Position numbers and translations under genes: made by a program. From Selaginella moellendorffii (taxonomy: Eukaryota; Plantae; Lycopodiophyta), in assembly GCF_000143415.4 (NCBI RefSeq), contig NW_003314288.1:696642-760641 (forward strand): a DNA stretch of 64,000 nucleotides, read 5' to 3'. Below, piece by piece: positions 1 to 10,800 of this stretch. The notes under the pieces were generated by a model. The model worked only from the letters and a program-made list of their open reading frames with translations, made no database searches and was not told the origin of the DNA. Each line of letters begins with the position of its first letter. Position 1 is the stretch's first letter.

Positions 1-1200
1 CATGGTCTACACACTTCAGAAGTTTCAATACTACCTATTTAGTAACATTCTCAAAAAAATAATCCTCACCAGGAGAATTGCACAATGGTTCTTAGTACTT
101 CAAGAATACAACTTCAAGATCATCTACAAGCTTGGAAGAGAATATGAACACCTAAGCTACATTACAACCGATGGACAACCGAAACACAATATGGATGACC
201 TTCCTGACTCTAATATCCTTTGAATCCACACATCACCAACCTAGATGGACAACATCTACTACTACCTCATAACAGCAACAATACCATGTTGATATTCAAC
301 CTTCGACAAGTGCAAGCAATTTGTCTTGAGGATAAGACCATATTCAGTCGTGGGAAGAAAACTGTATAAACAAGGAAGACACAATATTTTACGAAACTAT
401 GCAAACCCAGAAGAAACACAAGATCTACTAAAAGAACCCTACTATGGACAAATAGGAGGACATTTTGTTGAAGAAATCACAACTCAAAAAATTTTACAAG
501 AAAGACTTTGGTGGCCAACACTTTGGCACAACTAAGCTAAGTTCTATAAAAAATGCAACATCTACCAATAAACCAAGTATGCACCAAAGAAATAAACTCA
601 AGAACTTCATCTAAAAACTCCACTCAAACCTTTTCAATGATGGGGATTCGACTTTGTTAGTCCACTTATGACAAGCTCTAAGCAAAACTAATACATTCTA
701 ATTGCAATAGACTATATGATTAAATAGGCTGAAACTCAATCAATAAAGACTGCTACAACAAAGAATATAACAAAGTTCATCTACAAAAACATCATCACAA
801 GATATGGCTTACTTTGAGAACTCGTCACTGATCAAGGAACACACTTCATCAATGAAACCATCAAGATTCTGACTCAAAAATTCACTATCTAGCACAAGGC
901 TTCAACACCGTACTACCCTCAGGGCAACGGTCAAGCAGAGTCTACAAACAAGGCACTCAAAAACATCCTCATGAAAATCGTGAAAATAAATCAGAAAGAC
1001 TAAGACGATCACATTTATAATGCTTTGTAGGCATATTGAACTGCATATAAAGTTTCAACAAATTCAACACCATTCAAACTCACTTATGGCCTTGAATCTT
1101 TGACACTACTTGAGTACATCATTCCATCATTACAAATGGCAATATAATACGAAATCAACTAAAAAGAATCAATCAAAAGAAGACTAACCATGCTAGGACA
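1..1200 (+). mobile_element. Degenerate Ty3/gypsy pol 3' part (RNase H end and integrase)
   Basis: Remnants RIAQWFLVLQEYNFKIIYK, GGHF...LWWPTL, WGFDFVSP, TDQGTHF, YYPQGNGQAESTNK, with many stops. Near-identical to 53353-54560. Confidence 0.85.
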
Positions 1201-1380
1201 ACTTATTGCTAGCTGAGATCCTTTGACTATCTCGTTTTGAAGCTTTGGAATGCTCAAGGAGTCTTTTCTAACTCAGCAAAGATGTTGCTTCATATGATGG
1301 CCAACGCTAACTATTATCAAACAGTTCTTTTGATAGAGTTATGCAATCTCATGTGCGAGGCACTACTTTGATGATGTCCT

Positions 1381-3900
1381 ATGACTAAGGAGGAACATGA
1401 GATGCATGTGAGGCAAATGTTGCCACTATTGAGGGAGAACAAGCTGTATTCTAAACTGTCAAAGCGTGAGTTCTTCTTGGAGGAGATCACATATCTCGGA
1501 CATGTGGTGCCACGAGATGGTGTGCGGGAATATCCTCAAAAGACTCAGATAATCGTTGACTAGCTTGTTCCCCTTACTATGCATGGGTTTCCTTGGCATG
1601 GTAGGAGTCTTTTGCCGGTTTGTGAAGGACTTCTCCTTGATTGCTGCTCCTTTGATGGATATTCTTCAAAACACCACCAAGCATGCTAAGTTGGTGTGGG
1701 GTGAAAGTGTCAAGAAGCGTTTGAGCAGTTAAAGCAGTCATGTATATTCTACAGATATTTGCTTGTGATAAGCCACTTGTGGTAGAAGGCCAAAGCTCAT
1801 GCTATGGAGTCTATGCGTTCAGAGGTTATGGCTCATGAGTCCTTTTCTCTTTCTGATCCTAGTGAGGCCATGGGTGTCAGTGTGGACCAAGGAGAGAATG
1901 TATCTACTCGTGTTCTAGCTGACACTACTGTCACTAAGCTTTCTGAAGGAGTGAAGAAGAATTGTATCAACTCATCTGAGCTGTACAGTTGTTTGTGCAA
2001 TGAGTTGTGAATAGCCAAGTGCTCAGTGTCCTCTTTGACTCTGGTGCTACGCATACTTTCATTAACAAGGCTAGTGATGAGGGTATAGGAGCTGTCTTGG
2101 TGCAAGACTGCTGTCCTATTGCCTACATAAGCCACAAGTTTGACGCAACTTAGTTGAACTGCCAACTCGGGTGGTAGTTGTTGCAGTCAAAGAGTGGAGG
2201 CATTATCTATATGGTTTGGATTTTTCATGTGGATAACTTTACCACTTGTCACTCTTTTCACTCGCCAGATGGAGCTTTGAGGCCGGCTAGCTCATTGACT
2301 GGAGTTTTTGCAGGAAATGGATGTGCAGACTCCAAATCACCAGAGGGGTTTAAGGTGACAAAAACCGATTTCCCCAGGGATTCCGGAGTAAAAATCAAAG
2401 GGTAATTTTGACCACAGATTACTCATGAATTCGGAAGATTGATGTTTAAAGCAAATTTGCTAGGTTTTCCAAGATCTACAACTTTTCTTTAAGACAATTT
2501 TCCTGTTTCTAAAAGGAGTAGTCAGTAAAGGTGGTTGTTTCTCCATTGTCTAGGATGGTGAACTCTATCTCATTTGGGAAGCTCTCCAGTGGTTTGCTGG
2601 ATGAAATTAAGGAGCTTGCTGACTTCGACTCCTTTGTAATGAAGGCACATGCAGTTGTTTTGAAGGGGGATGCCTCTTCCAATACAATTGTGCTTCCTTC
2701 GATGTATGAGATGGTTTCCTAGTCAAGAGGAATCGGGCTATGGTTCCTAGAGATGATGTTCTAATGCAGTAGATTCTGTAAGAGTGTCTGTTGCACCAAG
2801 TGCAGGACATCAAGGATGTGTGTTTTGGTAGAGACGCATTTATTTTGGCCTAGAATGAAGTCAGGTGTTGATAAGTATGTGCACAGTTGTTAGACCAGCC
2901 AGGCAGTCACAATGGATTGTCAGAAGCATGAAGGTCTCTACTATAGTTAACCTCAGTGGAAGTGGGATAGCATTTTCTATGAGTTTCATAGTAGGCGCTG
3001 TAAGGCAATGATGCTATCTGGGTTGTTGTGGATTGTGTGATGAAGTTGGCTCACTTCTTCCTTGTGAAGACGAATGCTAAGGCTTTTGACCTTGCTCAGC
3101 TGTATTTCTCTATGCTGCTTGAGGATGTTGTAAGTGATTGGGATCCCACGTTCACTTTGGTGTTTTTGCAAACGGTGTTCTAGAAGCTTGAGACAAAGTT
3201 GAGCATGAGCATCCACAGTTATATGGACAAACAAAACGAGTTAATTAGGTGCTGGAAGACATGCTGAGATCGTTTGTTGGTCATCTGAAGAGGCAAGGTA
3301 TTTGGGAGAAGTACCTGCCTTTGTTAGAGATTGCCCATAACTGTGCCTTCCATTTGGCTATTGAGATGGCTTTGTTTATGGCAATGTATGGCTTTCAACC
3401 TCAGTCCCCTGTTGGTATGAACTTGGCTTCTCTTAAGGTGCACCAGGCAAAGGAGTTGGCTGATGAGCATCATCAACACAAGCAGTTTCAGGTTGGAGAC
3501 AAGGTTTTCCTTTGGTTGTCTGAAGCTCAGTGAGCTCTTCAAGGTGGAGGTAGTTCTAAGTTGTCACCATAGTACTGTGGGCCTTGGATTATTCTCAAAC
3601 GAGTTGGAGACCTTGCCTATCAACTAGATTTGCCTAGTGCTGTGCATCCCGTCTTCTATGTAGGAAGTTGAAGGCGTGTTTGCATTCTGGTAATATCTTG
3701 GACCAGTCTGTGATCAAGATTCCAGAGATAGATGTTTGAAGGTTGGCCCTACTTGTGTGTTATAGCAACGGCTAGCGCGCGCACATCGTACAACTTGGAG
3801 AGAGTTACTTGTTCAGTGGAATGGTTAAAATTCATATGATGCTATGGGAAGCTGGGATGATGTTGCTTCCTAATTTTGAGTATGACTTGGATGACATTCT
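1381..3900 (+). mobile_element. Fragmented second Ty3/gypsy (RT end, integrase C-terminus, chromodomain-like tail) mixed with unrelated DNA
   Basis: KEEHEMHVRQMLPLLRENKLYSKLSK...ITYLGHVV (RT). LEDMLRSFV...WEKYLPLLEIAHN...FQVGDKVFL (integrase). YLVQW-like motif near 3807. Confidence 0.7.
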
Positions 3901-4029
3901 AGAGGAAGAGGAGAAGTAGTCGCTTGCTCCTATCCTTTCTTTCTTTTCTGACCCTGTTGATGGCTGGAGGTGTTGTGTCACGTGAGACAGTTAGTGGTTT
4001 TGTTAGCAGGATGCTTTGCTAGCTTCTCT

Positions 4030-5620
4030 CTCCTCAGCTACTGTTCATCATAGTTGGAGCAGAGGGGAAAATGTCACCATATTTCGTGATGAACGAGCTG
4101 ATTCTGGACCTAGGTCTCTGATCAAAGAGCCAAATACCAACTGCAAATTTGCATGGGAAGGTGTTCAAGCATCTCCACGGGGTTTTTATTGCATAGAATA
4201 CACAGAGTTTTGTGAACTGTGAGTCAATCACCAACAGGGATGCTGTCCTGCACAAGAAGCCAGCTTACCTTAGCTTCCACCAGTGTCTTCCACATGTTCA
4301 CAATGTACTTCCGATTCTTCAACTTCCGCATATGCTTGGTGTCAATTTTATCCATCAAAAGCTCTCTGCCATGCTTAGACCTGCACATAAAAAAAGACAC
4401 ACTGAACTCATTACCTTCCCAGGATAACTGAGGCGGATTCTATATAGGATCAGATATAGGTACTCCCCAAACTAGTGTATTGCAGAGCATTCTCCCAGTT
4501 GAACCTTAGGATCCAGTTCAGTGTATTTCCCTCTCTGATGTATCGTCCTGATCCTTTTACCGAAGGCCATCCTGGGAACTGGGACCTCCTCGGGAACTAC
4601 ACATGGAAACAGTGCACCACTGTTATGGGGATAAAAAACAATACCTTGAGGTGATGGGGTTGTTTCCATAACAAAGATGATTTGAGTCTCAGCACCATCA
4701 AGCATTATCCAATCACGAACCTATGATAACTTCAGTTTGTAAAGCAAGATGAAGGTGATCACAAGCAATGCTGCCTTAAGCTTTGATGTGGAGTTTTCAT
4801 CCTGGGTTGTAATGGGTTGTCATGAGGCCATCCGATGAGCAGGGTTTGCTCCAAGTGGACGTTAAACAAATACCTGACTTTACCTTTTTCATTGTATCAT
4901 CTGCTGAGGAAGAAAAACAAGATCCCAACAAGAACCTTGCTGTAAGTGATGGCTTTCTAGCTCTTTGTAGATCCAATAAGTCTTTGATCGAAGCTCCCAC
5001 ATTTCTATGCCACCTAGGCCAAAAACCTCTACCCAAGCCTGGAGCTGAATAATCACCTATATACTGTTGATTACTGTTCTTACGCGCTACGTTGAAGAAC
5101 AAGCGATCAGCTAATGCCTCTGTCAGATGGTCTGGTTCTTTCTGACTTAACCTGGGTAGGAGTGTGACTTCCATATCTTCAACATCTCTTTTGCTATTCC
5201 ATCCTAGACCTTCTTTGTGTTGAGAGGAGCAGTGCCAATTGATTCCTTGTTTCTAGTTACCACTCTGTTTAGGCAAGATCTTCTGCAGCTGAGCTCTGAA
5301 GAGGAGGTGCCAGCTCTGGTTTCGTGAATATAAACCTGACACAAGCACTTTGAATAGAAGAGCTTTGGATTGAATTCCTGGGTGTGGCACATTCCAAATA
5401 ACTGAATTCCACTCTACTTTTTCCCAGACTTTGCACCTGCTGGAGTTTCTAAAGTTTCTACATATGTTGTTGGTGATCAAGTGTTGGTGAGTTATCGGGT
5501 GTTGAGGATCCAAGGTTTTTGCTGCGTAGGTCCTTATCACATCGTCCAACAAGTTGGTCCACAAATCTATGTGGTGACACTCAATGCACAACATCAAGAG
5601 AAGATCCATGTGAAGCGGTT
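4030..5620 (-). mobile_element. Non-LTR (LINE-like) retrotransposon remnant
   Basis: Minus-strand remnants with a zf-RVT-like pattern (W...K.SWLL...C.LC....E.LEHL...C) near 4140-4310 and W-rich C-terminal pieces. Heavily decayed. Confidence 0.4.
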
Positions 5621-5648
5621 AGCTCGATATTGTGTGTGAACGGATTGA

Positions 5649-6259
5649 TGTAAGGATTCTACCATATATTCTATGGTAGATATAGATAAACTCAACAAGA
5701 TTGGAATACAAATTTTTTTTAATAATAATAAATTAACAATTTTTAATGTGTATTTATGGAGCCCACAAGAGTAGGAGTGAAATTATGAATCCCACATTAT
5801 TTATATGCTCATATGATCCTGAGGTTTAGGGATATGAGGGAGTAAGTTTTATGGCCCAGGTAAGTTAGAGGGAGGAAAAAAAAGAATTAATTAGAGTGAA
5901 AATACGAGTTATTGTGAAATTAGAGTATAAATGTGAGTTAAGAGTTAACACGAGCTAAGAGTAAAAACGTGATGTAGCAGTTTAAAAGAGGGAAGTAAGA
6001 ATGCTCGGATGGAGTTCCACCAGGTAGAAAAGACAAGTCATACCTCAAGCCTCGGATTGCTCTCACCCGGTTGCCTACTTTAACCAAGCAGCAGTCTTGG
6101 CGCACAGGGATGACATCAACCTCTTGCTCCACTGCTCCTACTTCTGAGCTGCTAGCAGCTTCTCCCCTCCTTAAAAAAAAAGGTCTGTTGTTCTCTTGGA
6201 GTTCAAGAAGCATCCTCTTCACTGTCTCCTCTGTTTTTGCTAGCTAGTTAGCTCTTACA
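5649..6259. mobile_element. Possible LTR (TGTAAG...CTTACA termini)
   Basis: 6-bp terminal inverted repeat typical of LTR ends, also present in the duplicate near 57467-58113. No target-site duplication seen. Confidence 0.35.
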
Positions 6260-6364
6260 AGAAGGAGCACAAGCCAAGTTCAGCTCCATGCTCAGCTCTA
6301 TCATCTCCTCTTTAAGACACCTCACCTCTTTGAAGCCATTCAGGAGAGCTAGCACGCTTCACGT

Positions 6365-7000
6365 CTAGACGTCCCCTCCTTTTTTTCTTTGTGCGATTGT
6401 CTCTTCAAACTCATCATACTTATTTAACTCACCAAAGCTTACCAAGCCGAGTGCAGGTTTTGAAACCCCATGAGTCACCTTGGCCTTTTTCCATCTTCCA
6501 GTTGAGCTCTCCAACAATCTTGACGTGCGGATGCGTGCAAACTGCTCCTTGAGCCAGGACCATTTCTCCAGGAGATAACTTATGCTACAACACTCTCCGC
6601 TCGACGATCTCAATGTGGAAAGATCCACAAAACTGTCCCACTCATCATAGTTGTAGAAGAAATCATCCTCATACTGCATCTGCAACCTTGCTCGAGCCCA
6701 AGCCTCCACCATCGCAAGCTTCTCCCTCATCTTGATCAGCTCACACTTGAGGCGGCAAAACAAGTCCAGGTCCTGAGGAACAACAATGGAATACACCTTT
6801 CCTGGGTACCTGTCTTGAAACCTGTGAAAGTACAGTGGACGATGTGGTGTTTCAGATCGCAGCAGAATGATAACTTGATGAAAGCAACAAAACCATCAAG
6901 CTCGCTCTTTGGGGATCAATTATCATCTCCTCCTTTGAAGCAATGAGCAGCAGGCCTTGATCGCATCCAGAAGTACTAGAGATAGTCTGCAAAAGCAAGT
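6365..7000 (-). CDS. Hypothetical multi-exon gene of unknown function (5' end uncertain)
   Basis: 143-aa open terminal exon, plausible splice acceptors at about 6822 and 6987, and a donor at about 6893. No recognised domain. Confidence 0.3.
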
Positions 7001-7806
7001 TTGACACCAGTTATTTTGGCAACACAGAAGAAAAAGAAGAAAAATAAACTCAAGTTTCAAAATTTATAGAGATCCATACAATCCAAATCAAGATCAATCC
7101 TCCACGAACTTAATGCCGCTTTCAGCACCTCCAAGCTCTGCCGAAAAACGTAGCCACGGTATGCCACAATCGTTCGCTTGAAAATCTGAAGATGTCAATC
7201 GAAGCATGCAAGCAAAAACACGAAGTAAAGAAGTGCAGGTGGACAACAAAGGAGATGAACTGAGCAAGGCCAAGAACACATATAAGGACTGAATGTAAGC
7301 ACATGAGGCCTCGTGCGGTTTTTTCCTCTGTGCGTGGCTTCATGTGCGAAGAGTTTGGTGTGGTAAGGTATGATGCAGAGCAGCCAGAAGCCCAGGGTGA
7401 GGTTTTACCACCGCCCGAGGACTCCTGTGCATGGGCCCTGGGCGAGAGTCATTTGCGAAAGTGTTCTGCATGAAACTGGTGCCCTGAGGCTTCTGGCCGC
7501 GTGGCCCCATGAAGAGCATTTTTTATTTAATTTGTGTAGAGTGTGGTTTATTTTTGCATATTGAGTGTATCGATATCTTTTAGATTGAGAACTGAAGACT
7601 ATATTGAACTGAAGATTCTTCAGCTCTTGAGCAACTGATTGCTGCTGGCTCACTTTCTATATATATCAAAGAGATTTTTTTTAAACAATAAACATCTAAG
7701 CTGCTGCAGATAAGCTGTGACATTGTAAAGTTTAAAAAGGAAAAGAATTAGAAAAAGAAAAAACAGAAAACACGAGCATTTTACTACTAATCGGGATTTC
7801 TAGGGC

Positions 7807-10800
7807 ATGCGTGCGGCGCTAGGGTTTGTGTGGTGTGTGTCATTTCTCAACAATCTCATGGAGTGGAAAACGTTTTTCAGGGATCCCACTTTCTGGTGGG
7901 ACAACAGGTTCAAGAAGAAAAACAAGTTCTTCTCAGAGTCCTACCCGGATTTCAAACATGTTTCTACCGGAGAGAGCCTGTGGATCGCCAACAGGAAAAC
8001 ACCGACCTGGGTCTCTGCAAAACTCGAGTCGCTCGCTGACCCAGCTGTAGGTAAGGCCACCACGGCTCGCTACAAATCTCCACATACCCCACCTGTAGCT
8101 GGTGATGAACCGGTGAGTTTAGGGAGGCTGATACACCGCGTGAGAGACTCAGCTGAGAGCAGATCCCTTTCTTTGGGAAAACAAGCCCATGAAGCTGTGC
8201 TCAAGAGTGATGAGCACAAAAGCAACATCTACTTGTTGACGGGATTGATCGATATGTACTGCAAGTGTGGCGAGCTTAAGGAGGCTCGCAAGATTTTCGA
8301 CTCCATGGGAACCCGGAGTGTTGCGTCCTACAACGCGATCATCCAGGGCTGCGGCTCGAACGGGCAAGCTGAACTTGCTCTGGAGTACTACTCTGCTCTG
8401 AGAGCTTGTACCACCATTCAACCCAACGATCGGACACATGTCGCGGTGATCAGCGCCTGCTCCAGACTTGCTACCGAATCCAGCGAGAAGAGGGAGAGAG
8501 CTCTACGCATCGGGATGGAGATCCGTTCAATGCTGAGCAAGGAGAAGAAACAGCTAGATCTGTTCGTGGCGACTTGCCTGGTAGACATGTACTGCAAGTG
8601 TGGCGAGCTTGAGGAGGCTTGCAAGATTTTCCACTCCATGGGAACTCGGAGTGTTGTGTCCTACACCGCGATCATCCAGGGCTGCAACACGAACGGGCGA
8701 GCTGAACTTGCTCTGGAGTACTACTGTGCCCTGAGAGCTTGTACCACCATTCAACCCAACAATCGGACTCATGTCGCGGTGATCAGCGCCTGCTCCACAC
8801 TTGCTACCGAATCCAGCGAGAAGAGGGAGAGAGCTCTACGCATCGGGATGGAGATCCATTCAATGCTGAGCAAGGAGAAGAAACAGCTAGATCTGTTCGT
8901 GGCGACTTGCCTGGTAGACATGTACTGCAAGTGTGGGGAGCTTGAGGAGGCTCGCAAGATTTTCGACTCCATGAGAACTCGGAGTGTTGTGTCCTACAAC
9001 GCGATCATCCAGGGCTGCGGCTCGAACGGGCAAGCTGAACTTGCTCTGGAGTACTACTCTGCCCTGAGAGCTTGTACCACCATTCAACCCAACGATCGGA
9101 CACATGTCGCGGTGATCAGCGCCTGCTCCAGACTTGCTACCGAATCCAGCGAGAAGAGGGAGAGAGCTCTACGCATCGGGATGGAGATCCATTCAATGCT
9201 GAGCAAGGAGAAGAAACAGCTAGATCTGTTCGTGGCGACTTGCCTGGTAGACATGTACTGCAAGTGTGGCGAGCTTGAGGAGGCTCGCAAGATTTTCCAC
9301 TCCATGGGAACTCGGAGTGTTGTGTCCTACAACGCGATCATCCAGGGCTGCGGCTCGAACGGGCAAGCTGAACTTGCTCTGGAGTACTACTCTGCCCTGA
9401 GAGCTGATAACACCATTCAACCCGACGATTGGACACATGTCACGGTGATCAGCGCCTGCTCCACACTTGCTACCGAATCCAGCGAGAAGAGGGAGAGAGC
9501 TCTACGCATTGGGATGGAGATCCATTCAATGCTGAGCAAGGAGAAGAAACAGCTAGATCTGTTCGTGGCGAATTGTCTGGTAGACATGTACTGCAAGTGT
9601 GGCGAGCTTGAGGAGGCTTGCAAGATTTTCCACTCCATGGGAACTCGGAGTGTTGTGTCCTACACCGCGATCATCCAGGGCTGCAACACGAACGGCCGAG
9701 CTGAACTTGCTCTGGAGTACTACTCTGCCCTGAGAGCTGATAACACCATTCAACCCGACGATCGGACTCATGTCGTGGCGATCAGCGCCTGCTCCACACT
9801 TGCTACTGAATCCAGTGAGAAGAGGGAGAGAGCTCTACGCATTGGGATGGAGATCCATTCAATGCTGAGCAAGGAGAAGAAACAGCTAGATCTGTTCGTG
9901 GCGAATTGCATGGTAGACATGTACTGCAAGTGTGGCGAGCTTGAGGAGGCTCGCAAGATTTTCCACTCCATGGGAACTCGTAGTGTTGTGTCCTACACCG
10001 CGATCATCCAGGGCTGCAACACGAACGGGCGAGCTGAACTTGCTCTGGAGTACTACTCTGCCCTGAGAGCTGATAACACCATTCAAGCTGATGCTTGCAC
10101 CTACACCTGCGTCCTTGTTGCTTGCGGGAGTGTGATGGCGATCAAGCTCGGGAGGGAGATTCACCAGCTGGCGAAGCATAAAGGGCTGCTGAAAAACAAT
10201 CCAGTTCTGGGCTCCAGCCTGGTGAGCTTCTACGGCAAATGCGGCGATGTTGATTCTGCTCAGGAAGCGTTTGACGAGTGCCGAGCTCGGGACGACACGG
10301 GTCTCTGGAACTCTCTCATACAGGCTTACACTCTCCAGGGCCGATCGATCGAGGCCTTGGAGCGTTTCTATTCCATGACTCAGGAGGAGGGCTGTAAAGC
10401 TGACGATGTGAGTTTTGTCTCGGTGTTGAACGCTTGCAGCCATGGTGGTCTGGTCGGGAAAGGAAGGCAGCTTCTGGATGAAATGCCCAAGCAGTATGGA
10501 GTCAAGCCACGTCTGGAGCATTATGTGTGCCTGATTGATATGCTCGGGCGAGCTAACCTCCTTGACGAAGCTGTGAGAGTTCTCAGAGCCATGCCTTTTG
10601 AACCGGATGCAGTGGTTTGGACGTCCCTGCTCGGAGCCTGCCGGAAGTGGAAGAATTACACGATCGGCAAACTCGCGTTTGAGCGTCTTGTGGAGATGGA
10701 TCCCAAGAGTGACACGCCCTACGCATTGATGGCCAATATATTTGGAAACCTGGGGATGCTCAGTGAAAGGGCTGCTGTTGTGGAGAGAAAGAGAGGTGAA

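Larger units (their letters stand above)
1..6348 (+). repeat. Segmental duplication copy 1 (copy 2 at about 53353-58200)
   Basis: Colinear high identity across several unrelated TE fragments. Copy 2 lacks about 3472-4900. Confidence 0.95.

Noticed and set aside
8251-10086. Regularly spaced repeats as a CRISPR-like array
   Set aside because: Units are contiguous, in-frame protein-coding repeats without unique spacers, in a eukaryotic context with no cas genes.
8149-10521. Series of repeated 60-96-aa ORFs in alternative frames and on the antisense strand
   Set aside because: Shadows of the 333-bp coding repeat of the PPR gene, with no independent coding signal.
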